A stretch of 64,000 nt of DNA from Octopus vulgaris (GCA_951406725.2 OX597816.1:105400001-105464000), one strand, 5' to 3'; counted from the first letter of the stretch, positions 11,616-25,932 are shown. Notes: generated by a model from the sequence alone, not told the origin. Translations and numbers: made by a program.

Positions 11616-12769
11616 CATCAGTTTATGTTTGTGAATAAAACTGGTCTTCGAAAATGTTATTTCAATAAATACAGAAAAGACAACAAGGGAAGCAACTTGG
11701 TTAAGCAAATTTTTATCAACTTAAACTTTTGGACAATTGCCAATTCTTCAGTTCTCAATTTCAGTTTATTTCTACTATAAATGAAAATAAATGAGCAGTA
11801 AACTCTGAGTCAAAAAAAGTATAAACAGAGAAGGCAAATGCTAGAATTGGTGAAGTGGCCCACTGAAAATTAAAATTCAGTTACAATGATTTATAAGTAA
11901 CAGTGAGCACTTTCTTTGATTTAATTTTTCCCTACCAACTGCTTCCAAAGCAATTTCCGGACATAGTCAATAGCCTGAATAAAAAAAATTATAGTAACTT
12001 TTCTTAAACCGTTCTCCTGGGAATCTGAATATTGAATAAGCAGGACAAAGTCTAAAGTAAAATATTAATTGCCAGTATTGGTTCCTTTGGTCCCTGCTGT
12101 GAATCTTGAGGTGTCAGTGTTATTGATGTGCTAGATGAGTGTTACATACCTACAAAGTGTGTTAAATTCATTACAAAAATATTCATAGATCATAATGGGT
12201 AAACTAAAGATTCTGTCCTTTGTTATGAAATATTGCAGTTGTTAAATAATAATGAAATTATTGTATACAATGCTCAGGCACACCACAACTTGTCAGAAAG
12301 TGCGTATAAAGTATATGCAGTAATGTACAAATGTCTGGAAAGGGGACAATGCATGAGTCATACACATGCTTGTGTGTGTATGGAGGGAAGAAAATCAGGT
12401 GTAGTGTTGGCGAATCTCAGAAAGCATGGAAGTTTTGAAGGATGCACTACATTTTATAAGCACTTTTATTTTGAAATGTATTAGGTAGATGGAAGGATAA
12501 TGGAATTCACAAAAATAAGGAATAAAGGTGAGCAATATTCACCAGTATACAACAACCTTATTATATGCTTTTACATTTGCTTTTGTTCACTTCTCTAAGA
12601 AATATACTCTTCCATTCCAGCATCTTTCAGCCTTTATTTTATATCATGTTGTCAAGAGAGAGTAAAACTCTGAAGAAGGGTCCTATCCTTGTAGTTCTAT
12701 ATGAACCAGTGACTGGATTTTATAAGAAAGTTAGATGGTGTTTTAGTGACAAGAGTTTGTGAAGAGTGG

Positions 12770-13300
12770 GACATAATAAGAAGCAAGATAAACTCATTAT
12801 ATTTTCTTCGAATAAATGTTAATGCAAATTCTAAATCATCTGTTGGTGCAAGAAAGAAATCAGGTCCCAAAATATTCAAATGATGAAGCCATGATAAAGT
12901 GGTTTATCCATCAATGAAGCATCTATCCTGTGACAACAAATTCTGTGGTGCATAAATTTAAAATACTGCTACCAAATTAGCAAGGTGTATGGTCATTATG
13001 AATTCCAAAGCTAATGATGGATGGTTACGTGATTTAGAAAATCTAATGGAATAAGTAATAAGAATTTCCCTCAATGAAACTGGGTGTGTTCCAAGTGAGG
13101 AAACTGAACCATTCAGGAGAGTGAAGGGCTCCAAGTAAATAATGGGGATAAAACTGGGTTTCATCTGTGACTAACAGCCTGGAATACCAAAGAATGAAGC
13201 CTCTCTACTTAGTCATAAATTAAGGAATGGTTTTTCGTGTTGTGCAAATGTAGACAGTGGGCACCTTTTAAAGTTTGTGGTGGTAGGAAGTTCAGCAAAC
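12770..13300 (+). pseudogene. Highly decayed pogo/Tigger-like transposase remnant
   Basis: Only short fragments (EAMIKWFIHQ; CANVDSGHLLKFVVVGSS) resembling CENP-B HTH and DDE_1 segments. Confidence 0.4.
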
Positions 13301-13618
13301 ATACTTAATATTAATCCTATCATATATTGACTCAAACAATCTGCTGAAATGGACAACATTCCTATCAATTAATATAATTTAATGAGAGTCCCCTTTACTT
13401 TCCCTCATTAGACTCAACCACCCATTATGACACAGCATTCACATTTCTATGCCAGAATACATGAGATTGTTTCAGTGGTTGGTCTGACAAGTTATCAGGG
13501 GTTTAAAACAGGTCCACAGAGTTTCCTTTGTCACAATAATCCTATGCTCCTGGTTTCATTCTTGCATATACTGACTTACAGATGTTCTAGTTGTTGGGAG
13601 AGGTACAAATATCATAGA

Positions 13619-15262
13619 CTAGCAGAATTGCCCAGCGATGCTCGGGGCTGAATTGCTTGAAAGTACTGTTAATGATTGCACTGAATTATGATGATTATTC
13701 AGGCAAATATTGATATAAGTTTACGGCGAATGAATGTATTTGTAAGTGTATAGAAAGCCGTGTAAAGGGATTCCTACCCCCTCGTAGAATGGTGTAAGAA
13801 TTGAATGCGAGGTTGCCTTGATAAGAGCCGTGTTATTGTTCTCATAATTGTAAGAATTTGATAGTCATGGAAGGCGGTGTAAAACGTTCGCAGGTGAATA
13901 GGGTCTCTTCGTTTTTTACGAACGGCAGCGGATGTGCTGTTACAAAACTTCATGCTGTGTTAAAAGAGAATGGATGCCCTATGTAGGCAAGAGGGGAATG
14001 AAGCATGGGTAAGTAAATATGGGTAATTTATAAAATATAGAACATGCATGTATATATATGTATGTATGCCTGTATATATGTACAAAATCCACTGAGAAGG
14101 CTTTTGTTGGTCTGAAGCTACAGCAGAAGACACATGCCAAATCACCACACAGTGGGACTGAACCCAGGACCATGTGTTTGGAACGTAGTTTTTTTACCAC
14201 ACAGCCACACCTGCCCCTATGTATGTGTGTGTGTGTGCGTATGTGTGTATGGGTAGATATATTATGCATGTATATATGTGTATATATATATATATATGTG
14301 TGTACATATTACATGTACATCTATATATATACATCTACACATAAAATACAAAATACAAAGTTATATCTTGATATCGCTAGTAATAACAATACTCAAAATA
14401 TATAACAGACTGGAATTGTAGGCCCATCTTTTGCAATTTCGATCAATTGGATCTTGTCCTCCCTCTTATATAGAAGTGTATGGCTGCAGCGAAATTCATT
14501 TTTGGACTTTCTTCTATCGAAGGCATTTTAACAAAAATGCTTCCGTAAAGACGGTGAAAATATTGTCAATTTCCCCAAACAGGGACACAATTCAATTTTT
14601 AAACAATAACCAAAGCCCCTTCTCCAAAAGGGGGAGGGTTACAGTTTACAATTATTTAACAAATGCAACACAACAACGTTTCCCTGACGAGGAACCAACA
14701 AATGTGATTACAATAGTCAAACAGTAATAATAATAACAAACCTTTTTAATTTATCCCCATTTATGTGAAACCACTTATTCAAGTTCAAGTCATTGATACA
14801 ATTTTATACGAATTGCTAATACATACACACACACACATAATAAGGGTGAAAAATTGAATATTAATTTGATTAATATGAACTGAAAACCAGTGGTGTAGCA
14901 TATAAGACCATAGCGGATCTTCCTCTAGCAAAAAGGACGACCACAATTAATGGCTCATCCCTGTTATATAATACTTTCACTTTAATAGTTGCACACTTGC
15001 AAAGAGAAAGTAGGAGAAGTGTGGTGGTAATAGCAGGAGTAAACCACTTGAAATGAGAGAGGCCAATCGTAAAATATTGAGTTTTCTCGAATTTTTGCTT
15101 AATTGGGGGTCAAATTGAAAAAACTTTACATGCCATGAACCAATCGAATCTACTTGGAAAAATCATAGGTAAATTTCAATTGAAGAAATTCTATATTGTA
15201 GAATTGTATAAAAAAAGCAACATGGGAACAGACAGAGAAAATCTGCCTTTTATCATAAGAGA
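13619..15262 (-). mobile_element. Non-autonomous Helitron with a nested SINE fragment (14080-14218) and microsatellite
   Basis: Minus strand: A|TCtcttatgataaaaggcag at 15262; 3' hairpin cccgagcatcgctggg followed by CTAG|T at 13619. Confidence 0.65.
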
Positions 15263-15930
15263 TAATAATACTCTGCTTTTTTGACTTACAATAAAAAAAA
15301 AATTGATTGATTGAATGTTTCCTTTCTTTTCTCTCTCTTTTTCTTCTCTATTGAGAGGATGAAAGAAGACTGAAATATGTTCTCAACTGGACTAACTAAA
15401 TTTCAAAAAAATATACTGTGAAAAATCAATATCGTATGTTATCAGCTTAGTTTGTATTCCTTCATCAGTTTTGAGCTGTGACACCAAGAAAGACATGTAC
15501 ATCTCATTTGTTAAGTCTAAGTCTATCTAACTGCAAATAGATATCATATAAGCAAAAGAAACTGCACAACTGGTGAGTGTGTTATTAGCTAGCAATGCAG
15601 TGAGAGAAACTGTTGTAGGAAATTAGTAATAATGGTACACTCCTCCCATGTGACGAATGGAATAACCTAGTCACTATAAGTAAAGAGAAGTACGTGAAGT
15701 ACCGGAAAACATAGTAGGCAATTAGTGATAGTCATGTCTTTACTACTGGTTTTACTAAGTATACTGTATTCCAAAGTGGGCATTATATAAATCCAACATT
15801 TTAAGGATTATAACAGTGGCGACGAGGAATTAATAGACTTAACAAGAATTTCATAAACTCTATGAGGAATACAACTCATGAGAAGTTAACAAACTCACAA
15901 ATTTTTGTTGTTCTTTTTCTTTTCTTTTAT

Positions 15931-16327
15931 TCTTTTACTTGTTTCAGTCATTTGACTGTGGCCATGCTGGAGCACCGTCTTTAGTCGAATCAAATCAACC
16001 CCAAGACTTATTCTTTGTAAGCCTAGTACTTATTCTATCGGTCTCTTTTGCCAAACCACTAAATTACGGGGACCTAAACACACCAGCATCTGTTGTCAAG
16101 CGTTGTTGGGGGGACAAACACAGATACACAAACATATACACACACATATATACATACATATATACAACAGGCTTCTTTCAGCTTCCGTCTACCAAATCCA
16201 CTCACAAGGCTTTGGTCGGCCCAAGGCTATAGTAAAAGACACTTGCCCAAGGTGCCACACGTGGGACTGAACCCAGAACCATGTGGTTGGTAAGCAAGCT
16301 ACTTACCACACAGCCACTCCTGTGCCT
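15931..16327 (-). mobile_element. tRNA-derived SINE nested in the Gypsy leader
   Basis: Homology to 7994-8378. Confidence 0.9.
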
Positions 16328-16489
16328 TGTGTGAATTTTACCAAACAAAATCATAAAAATTATGGAAAATTTGTTGGCTGGTTTGCTCAAGTTGCAGAAA
16401 CAGCAACAACAACTGAAAGAACAACAATAACAACAATTACTATTACAGCAACAAATGTTGCAATTAATGAAGTCGTCAGGAAATTCCAA

Positions 16490-17900
16490 AAAAAGTATTC
16501 TCACCAGACTGTGTCCTGAACTCCTTAACAGAGTTCAAATACGAACCTGTTGAAGGAGTTACCTTTGAAACATACTACAGAAAATATGAGCAAATCTTCG
16601 AGAAAGAACGTAAAGATTGGAATAACGAGATGAAAACACGCTTAATCTTGAGAAAACTGGTGGCAACAGAACATGAACAATACCGTAATTATGTAGTCCC
16701 AAGAAAGCCTTCGGACATAAACTTTAATGATACAATGGATATATTCAGTAAAATTTACAGTGGAAAAAGCTCATTGTGCAACACACGCTGGAAATGTCAG
16801 AACATAGAGAAAAACAATGACAAGGCCTACATGCTGGTAGAGTAAACAGGGAATGCAAGAAGTTTAAGCTGGATGAACTAATACCAGATATGCTCAAATG
16901 CCTGATTTTTACATAGGAACTTACTGCTGGAAAAGACACAGAAGAACAAGAATTCTCGCAAAACTGGAACAAAATCAAGAGGTAACCCTACAACATGTAT
17001 CAGAAGAATGTGAAAGGATAGTCAAATTAAGACACAGCACAGAGGAAATTGAACATAAAGATTATTCCCAAGTGAAGTAAGTGTGAAATAATCAGAATAG
17101 AGATAAAGTGTTTTCTAAAAAGCATGACAAAAATCAGGAAATAAACCCATGTTTTGCATGTGGAGGTGTACACCTGAGGAAAAATTGTCCATTTTAAATA
17201 GCAGAGTTCTTTTCTTGTGAAAATATAGAACATATAAAGACACACTGTAGAATGAAGATGACAAAACGTCAGAACAAAGGAGAAAGAATAAATATTATGT
17301 CATTGGAAGAAATTGGTAATATAACGATGAGGAAATTCATGAAGGTGAATATCAGAAATACAAAGAAATTAAAAAGAAATTAGACACTGGAAGTGATATC
17401 ACCATTATAAACGAAAAAACTTGGAAATATGTCAGTAAGCCAAAATTAATTAAAACAAAAAAAGTAGCACATGGTGTTAGAGGGAAAAAAGATTATATTT
17501 TTTCGGTGAAATTGTAAATAATGTGACATTTCATGATCAAACAAAAAAGGTAAATTCTGTTGTGTCTGGGGAGAGTCATTTTCTTTTTGTGCCTTGTAAT
17601 GTAATACACTTGGAAATTTTAACAGTGAGTGTGTTACATTATAAGGCACAAAAAGAAAATTACTCTCCCTAGACACAACAGAATATGCTTCAACACACGA
17701 ACTCATATAAAGAATCTTGCAAACCCAATCCAAAAACGAAAAAAGGCAAAGATATATGTGTTAAAATGTTTACTTAATTTATTTGGCACAGAGTGGATGG
17801 AGCTATTCAAAATATGGAATATGCTCTAAGTATTTTGTGTAGAAATATAGTCAGTTCAGTCGAAGGTTCAAATGCAGCTGAGGGACTGAAACAAAAAATT
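16490..17900 (+). pseudogene. Gypsy gag-protease remnant
   Basis: FKYEPVEGVTFETYYRKYE, KTRLILRKL...YRNYVVP, Zn knuckle ~17150, protease ~17380; frameshifts and stops. Confidence 0.85.
17551..17740. mobile_element. Second copy of the palindromic element with centre deleted, inserted in the Gypsy protease region
   Basis: Homologous to 11290-11615; apparent TSD aaaaaagg. Confidence 0.75.
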
Positions 17901-17939
17901 TCAGTAAAACAGTATGGAACACTTGTATGTAAACCAAAG

Positions 17940-18770
17940 CGCAATGAAAAATTGACCACTATAAAAAGTGAACTTGGCCAAAAGTAGATGTTCCATGGTC
18001 AAAACTACACATCGATTTTGCTGGCCCTTTAAAAGGTTCTTACTACATAGTGGTAGTTGATAGTTTTTTGAAATGACCTGAAATTTGCAAGTGTAAAACA
18101 CCAACCTCTTCAACTGTGATGGATTTTTTACATGAATTGTTTGCAAGATTTGGCATCCCAGACAAGATAGCGTCTGACAATGGAATGCAATTTGTGTCTA
18201 GAGAATTAAAAAAATTTTGAGAAATGTTCACGGTAGAACATATGATCAAGGTGCCATACCATCCCAGATCTAATGGACAGGCAAAATGCTTTGTTGACAC
18301 CTTCAAAAGAGCCCTTGGAGAATCAAATAAGAAAGTCATGGATGAGGTAGTTCTACAACAGTTATTAAGAGTGTACTGTGTGATACCAAATCCAAATGCA
18401 CCAGTATCTAGATCACCAGTGAAGCTGATGTTTTCAAGGAAAGTAAAACCAGTCTTTGATAAATTGCTACTTGGCAAGAAAAGAAAAGTGCCAGGGAAAA
18501 CAGCAAGATTCTTTAAAGTTGGTGAAAAGATGTATATGAGGACATACAAGAATGAAAAGCAGAGTTGGAAAGATAGTGTAAAATGATGTATTGGGTAGAG
18601 AGTAGAAAAGGCATACAAAAGAGACACAGGAACCAACTGAAAAAGAGATTCATGGAAAGTGAACCAAAGAAGCTGGAGGAATTGATGGAATGGTTGTATG
18701 ATACATTCCAAGTACCAACGCCACTGCAGGTAATTGAACCCAGGCATACAAATGAGAGAAAAAGAAAACA
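17940..18770 (+). pseudogene. Gypsy integrase remnant
   Basis: PWSKLHIDFAGP...VVDS...FARFGIPDKIASDNG...YHPRSNGQAKCFVDTFKRAL with in-frame stops. Confidence 0.9.
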
Positions 18771-20130
18771 TACTCCCTTCAGGTAGATGGCCCTGCTCGA
18801 TGTGTAGAAAAGGCATAGATAAAAACTCTATAAGATGTACCCAGTGTAAGCTATGGACACATAAGAGGTGCAGCAATATCAAAGGAAGGCTAACTGGGAA
18901 GGCTAATTTGTATGTGGCAGATGCTCAGGAGCAATACACACTGAAAATGTGCAGAGAACAACTTCTGCCACATTCTAGGGAGAAAAACTAGAAGTAGTTG
19001 ATAGCTTCCATTACCTAGGTGACCAAGTCAGTAGCGGGGGAGAGTGCACTGAAAGTGTAGGTGCTAGAATAAGAATAACCTGGGCAAAGTTCAGGGAGCT
19101 CTTACCTCTGCTGGTGACAAAGGTAGACTGTATGACGCATGTGTACAAACAGCCATGCTACATGGCAATGAAACATGGGCTGTGACTGCTGAGGACATTT
19201 GTAAGCTTGCAAGGAATGAAGCCAGTATGACCCGATGGATGTGTAATGTCAGTGTGCATACTCAACAGAGTGTAAGTACCTTGAGAGAAAAGCTGGACCT
19301 TAGAAGCATCAGATGTGGTGTGCAAGAGAGACGACTGCGCTAGTATGGTCATGTGGCGAGAATGGATGAGGATAGCTGAGTGAAAAAGTGCCACACCCTA
19401 ACGGTTGAGGGAACCTGTGGAATAGGTAGACCCAGGAAGACCTGGGATGAAGTGGTGAAGCACAACCTTCGAACATTAGGCCCCACTGAGGCAATGACTA
19501 GTGACCGAGACCTTTGGAAATATGCTGTGCTTGAGAAGACCTGGCAAGCTGAGTGAAACCATAATCTTGTGGCCTATGCCAGGGGTGTAACCAGCCTATT
19601 TATGCATACCTTTCCTTCATTGGACACTAAACTCTGCTTGCGAAGACGTGTTGAGGCAAGTGAAATTGAAATCGAAATCAAATTAGATGACTGGCATCCA
19701 TGCTAGTGGAGCGCTAAGAGCACCATCCGAGCGTGATCATTGCCAGAGCAGCTAACTGGTTTCCATGCCAGTGGCATGTAAGAGGCACCATTCGAGCGTG
19801 ATTGTTACCAGTGTGAAAAAACATTCGAGCGAGGTCATTGCCAGTGCCGCTGGACTGGCTCCTGTGCAGGTGGCATGTAAAAAACACTATTTGAGCGTGG
19901 CCGTTGCCAGTACCGCTTGACTGGCCCTTGTGCTGGTGGCACATAAAAGCACCCACTACACTCTCGGAGTGGTTGGCGTTAGGAAGGGCATCCAGCTGTA
20001 GAAACTCTTCCAGATCAAGATTGGAGCCTGGTGCAGCCATCTGGTTTGCCAGTTCTCAGTCAAATCGTCCAACCCATGCAAGCATGGAAAGCGGATGTTA
20101 AACGACAACGATGATGATGATGATAATGAT
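18770..20130 (+). mobile_element. 5'-truncated RTE-type LINE nested in the Gypsy element
   Basis: WPCSMCRKG..NSIRCTQCKLWTHKRC, FHYLG, MLHGNETW, GRPRKTW; repetitive 3' UTR ending in (GAT)n. Confidence 0.88.
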
Positions 20131-23100
20131 GTATAAAAGAAACTCAAAACAGGAATATGGAGTGAATAAAAAAAAATTTTGCTAAATAAAATAACACTTC
20201 CTAAGAAAAACTTAAAAGGGGAAATGTTATAGGGAATTAGTAAAAATGGTACACCCCTCCCACATGACGAATGGAGTAACCTAGTCACTATAAGTAAAAA
20301 TAAAACAGTATCTAAAGTATCAGAGTACATAGTAGATGGTCAGAGATAGTCGTGTCTTTATTAGTTTTACCAAGTATACTGTATACCCATGTGGGCATTA
20401 CATAACTCCAATATTTTAAGGATTATAACAAAAACATTATACCATGATATTGGAGAAGCAGTTGGAAACCAATTTACTCTATACATCATTGAATTAACCA
20501 CTGAAACCATCTGCCTTAGGTTTCTGATGAAGAAAAGACAACAAAGATATGGCTATTCCCTTCTGTTGGCACCAACTGTGATGTTTCTATATATTTGAAA
20601 AAGTTTTTGCGCTTTAACATATTATGGAATTTTGATTTCAAAAACTCCTTCCTTGATAAATATTCATAACTGATTTCCAGTTGCATGCACAGAAGATAAC
20701 AAAACACTCAAGTCTTTCAAGTCAATCATCAGCTAACAGATGGTGAGAGTGATTTCCCTTTGTAGTACATTGTAAATTTTGACTCTTCTATAGGATGGCT
20801 GGATTGCTTTAAGGCCTGGACAGTCTTAGTATTACATTTCTTGAATCATTCATTTCATGTTTCTTATAATTGCTCTTATACAATGTTCTTCTAAAAATTA
20901 CTGTAAATAGAAATATAATATACAATGCAATTGATTTCACCTCCACTGACAATCATGATTATAGAACCATTTAAAATTTAAAATACTATCATTATATATC
21001 TACTATTCAAATCATTAAGAATTTTATGTCTCTCTACTGTGTGTTCACAAAGAATTCTGTAAGATTTAAAACCTCTTATTATACCATAAACAGGAAAATT
21101 GTTCATGAAAGTAATACTCCTTGGTTATTAATTTTTCATCACTTGACTGAAAGTTTTCATTTTTTCAAGACAGATTATGACTTATTGGTTTGATGTACAT
21201 TTATCCTCATCTCTGTTATATTCTTTATATGAAGTGATAGCTAAGTAAAAAAAGTTTTAAAGAATATGATTCCAACCATAAATATTGAATACATAAGAAA
21301 TAATAGCTATATTTTCAATAGACAAATAAAACATTTGTTACACATAGTGTTTTGTTATATATTTTTATAATTTTAACTGACTATTCCAGTTACTATTCAA
21401 TCTTATGTTTCAAATTTTCATCTCTCTCTCTCTCTCTTTCTCTCTCTCTGCTATTCTTTTCCAATCTCTACAATGTTTTATCCTCTTAAAGATGCTTGCT
21501 CAAGGTACTGTACACAGGATGAACCCAAAAACAATATGATTGTGATGCAAACTTTATTATACCCATAAACAATAAAGCATTAAAGAAAATACCATACAGT
21601 ATATATTTTGCCCGGTTATAACCTAAGTCCAAATACTAATTAGAGTTAACTTTGCTTTTTCACTTTCCACCATCATCATCACAACCACCAACCACCACCA
21701 TCATTGCCGTCATCATCGTTGTCATCATCATCGTCCTCATCACTATCATCATCATTTAATATCCATGTTAGCATAGATTGAATGGATTGACCACATGCAG
21801 AGTGAACTCAGTGCTTTTCATGTGGCACCAGCACTAGTGTGGTTACTAAGTGACTTGTTAGACAAGATCCTTCAACTAAGTGTGCATGTGTGTGTGTGGT
21901 AGTATTGAGTGGAGTGGCTTTGTCCCAAGTGATGGCATATTAGAATACGATAGAGGGACAGAAGCAGGTGTCTTGCAGGAAAAGAGATATATGGCTACTC
22001 AGATGGAAAGGAGAGGGATGAGAAAGAAGATAGAAAAGATGTATCAGGACCTACCCTCAAGTTACAGGAAGGTATATATTTTTAATTGTTTACTGCTCAT
22101 ACATTAAATATGAAAGCAATTAGTTACCTATTATTTTTTCAAGAAGATATCTATGAGTAATTCCCCTCAGATTTGTTTATTTTAATATGCTAATTCATAA
22201 TTAGTGAATAATTAATTTCTTACTTTGGTTGATGCAACAACTTTAATTAACTTCACTCAGTTACCAATAATCATTTTACAAACACTGAAGCAGTTAAGTT
22301 ACAAAGGATTGGATAAGGTAAGGGGACTGGTAGGTACATGAGATTGCAAAAGGAGAGTGAGAGATGGAGAGGAGATAATGCAGGGAATGAGCACAAGTGA
22401 AGAGAAGGGATGCTAGGAAGATGAGTTGTTGGGGAGAGATTCATCAAGGACAGATTGTTTGCAGGGGCATAAACATAAATGACATGCCTTTAGGGCCTCG
22501 ATTTTACTTAGCTATTTCAGAGTTTGTAAAATGATTATTGCTAACTGAGCGAAGTTAATTAAAGTTGCTATCTTAATAATACTTATGCTGTGAGGAAAAA
22601 AGAGAAAAATAACTCAATGACTGATATTATTTTAGTCATTTCAGCCAATATGAGAAATGACTTTGGACATGCTTGAGGTTTTTAGACCTTGTTAGCAAAG
22701 AGTGGACATAACATACTTGCCAAAGTAATAAATTTGAAATATGTTGGAGTTATGACGGTGATGATTAGTTCTGTGATATTATTGATTTGTCAGATGATCC
22801 CTGAAGTACTGGACATAATAGGGTGATTCAACTGAAGGAATACACTGAAATGATTTCTTATTGCTTTCCCCAGGATCCATAAGAAGATTGAACTCAGTAT
22901 AGCTAATCAACAAAATACTAATCAATCTTGCAATGCTACTGTCTCTGGTTGCTACAACTGTGAACAAACCTCACTTTGGGGTACCTACTTAATGACAGAT
23001 GAGCTTGATCAGTGAATTTAAGTGATTTAGCCATAATAAGGGAGACGGACAATAATCAGGCATGAACTGTAAATTTGTTGCCTATTACCTAAATGAAGTA

Positions 23101-24932
23101 GCTACTTCAATTCACTACAATTGTAATTATTAAAGAAAAAAAAAGAAATAGACATCTTAGTGAAGACACTAAGCCTAGAAGTTTCGGTGTTCAGCTTATA
23201 ATCATGGATTGGGTAGCTTGTCTTCTTGAGCAAGGTACTTCATTTCACATTGCTTTAATCTGTTCAGTTGTAATAAGTACCAGCTAGGTATTGGTGCAGC
23301 CTCCTGTCTTTCAAGCTATTATGTCCTGGTTGTCCTGTCAGGTCAACTGCTCACAACTACAAAGGCACCTAAAACACTTAATAAAAGCATAGCACATGTT
23401 ATCAAACTATATTTGCTCATGACAACTGGCTGTGCTGTATTATATTATCTTAGCATTTCATTCACTTTGCTTTTAGATTTGGTTTTATAAATACTGGTGT
23501 ATGCCAGTGTATCAAAAATGTGATTTAATCATTTCATAAAATCCTGCTTGATAGATTACACTTTTGATGCTAAACCACTTGAGATGACACCTGTGGTTCA
23601 AAATTCATGTTTAAAGTGAGCAAAATTAAAATATCCCATTAAAATTTCATATTAATTTTTGGTCCAAAAATCAGTTTAATAATGACAATATTCTGATATT
23701 TTTTTACAATTCTGATATTTTCTTACAATATTCTTTATTATTTTCAAAATTAACTGAAACAAAGAGAGTGTATTTGAATATCAAAAAAAGTAATAAAAGT
23801 ATTAAGTACCACACTGAAATAAATACAATAGGATCAACATGACTGATTAAAGCTCTTGAATGCAGTGCACCAGTAAGAAAAAAAATGGATGATTACTTCA
23901 AATTTCTCACTAACAGTTTTCAGCTTAAACCCAAGGTCGTAAGAGTCCAGATGGTTCATGTAGTTTTTTTTATGTCATTTTAGGAATAGATATTTTACTT
24001 ATATTTTTTTAGTAACATATATGGTTCAGAACAATAGTTGATAATGAATTATTGTTTCATATCTACAAGAAACAATTAATATTTGTTGATAATTATTATT
24101 TTAACAGATAACATTAAAAAAAAATGGAATCCCACTCTATAAATCTTTAACTGAAAAAAAATATGTTATCATGTGTAATAATTAAAACAAAAATCTAGCT
24201 TTGATATAACCAGAAAGTTGAGTTCATTCTAAAATATTTGCTTCTGAAATGAAATCATAAACAAAAGACAAAAATAATTTATGAAATTTTATGAACAATA
24301 TTACTCAATAACTTCTATTTAAATTTTTGCTTAGAAATTTCAATTCAGAATTTATAGCTTTTGTCTTATCAATATTTCAATAGAACATCATTGGAAAAGC
24401 TATTTACAATTATATTTCCTATAATGTGGTTTGTTCAATATTTTGTATGTAAAACAATTTTTTTTTATTTCAGACAAAAAAGCCATCACTTTTCTTCAAC
24501 CAGCAGTTATAAAGGTGTATAAAATACCTATTAAATATATTTATTAATGTAAAAATACATACCTTTTCCAGTCATAGATATATTATTTTTTTTTCTCCCT
24601 TGAGTAATAGTTTTCTTTTTTTGTCCCTCTAACACTCAAATGATTGTAGCTTAGCTATGCTGGAAATTCTGAAAGTAATGAAAATAGACAATATATGTTG
24701 TCTATGTCCAAGTCATAATTTATGTGTATTTCTAAACACAACTGTCACTTTTATATAATCTATTGCTTCTGTAGGTATAGGTGAGTGTAAATATATGCCT
24801 ATATGTGTTTATTTGTGAGATCTCAGTAAACCTAAAGGCTATTTCTTCATCTGAACCTTCAGGGAGAAAAATCAATAGAAAAAAAGTAGTTTGGATCTTG
24901 TGAAAACACATGCATATGCACATACAAATATG

Positions 24933-25009
<77 letters not shown>

Positions 25010-25289
25010 CAGACAGACAGAGTGCACAGGGTGTAAATGAAATGAAAATGTGTTAAGAGAAATACTTCAGAATGGTCAGTGGCATATTCCTAAACAACAA
25101 AAATGAATAAGGGCATATTTAATACCATTCAATACAAATTCTTGATTTACTGTAACTATCTCTGTTTCCAAAGAAGGTAGAACAATTACTTGGTGGCAAT
25201 TGGAACTGACTCCAAATGAGAACTGGAAATAAACTCAAAAGTGAAGAATTCTCCAAAATTGAGTTGTTATTAAGGAAAAGACAGTCTGT

Positions 25290-25812
25290 CCATGTCTATA
25301 AATAACACCCCTCCACCTCCCACAGAACACTAACAAAACTTTTCTTCACCTGTTAGGTATACCTATATATAACACCCCTCCACCTCCCACAGAACACTAA
25401 CTAACAAAAATTTACTTCCCCTGGTAGGCATGCCTATAAAGAACACCCCTCCATCTCCTACAGAAAATCAACTAACAAACATTTACTTCACCTTATAGGC
25501 ATGCCTATAACGAAAACCCCTCCATCTCCTACAGAACACCAACTAACAAAAATTTACTTCCCCTGGTAGGCATGCCTATAAAGAACATCCCTCCATATCC
25601 TACAGAACACCAACTAACAAAAATTTATTTCACCTGATAGGCTTGTCTATAAATAACATCCCTCTAACTCCCGCACAACACAGGCATGCCTATAAATAAC
25701 ACACTTCCATCTCTTGCAGAACACTAGCAAAAATTTTCTTCTCCTGATAGGCATGCCTATAAATAACACCCCTCCACTTCCTGCATAACACTAATTAACA
25801 AAAATGTTCTTC
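25290..25812. repeat. Minisatellite, ~60-65 bp unit, about 8 copies
   Basis: Unit approx. ataaataacacccctccatctcctacagaacactaactaacaaaaatttacttcacctgataggcatgcct. Confidence 0.9.
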
Positions 25813-25842
25813 ATTAAGTTCACTTTATGGATGACTAAATGG

Positions 25843-25932
25843 ATGAACCCTGATGAAGCCTGCACTGATAATAATGCAAGGATGCATCTGCAACTGTGAG
25901 TAGTCAGTGCAGTGGAAACACACGTAGGTCAT
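25843..25932 (+). ncRNA. Minimal type I hammerhead ribozyme-like motif
   Basis: atgaacc-CTGATGA-agc-ctgcactga..tcagtgcag-tg-GAAA-cacacg-TA-ggtcat. Confidence 0.6.

Larger units (their letters stand above)
15611..20430 (+). mobile_element. Ty3/Gypsy LTR retrotransposon, decayed, RT-RNaseH deleted, three nested insertions
   Basis: LTRs 15611-15815 and 20225-20430 (TG...CA); PBS TGGCGACGAGGA 15817-15828; PPT aaaaggggaaa; TSD gaaac/aaaac; gag, CFACGGVH knuckle, LDTGSDITII protease, HIDFAGP/SDNG/YHPRSNGQA integrase. Confidence 0.93.

Noticed and set aside
10205-12700. Divergent gene sharing the MSH2 promoter
   Set aside because: No recognisable + strand coding exons; a non-coding transcript cannot be excluded from sequence alone
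14683-14775. CTGACGAG ... GAAAC as a hammerhead
   Set aside because: No stem I or stem II pairing; lies inside a Helitron
18043-18882. 279 aa minus-strand ORF
   Set aside because: Antisense shadow of the integrase and LINE remnants
25290-25812. CRISPR-like array
   Set aside because: Units are contiguous with no unique spacers; eukaryotic minisatellite
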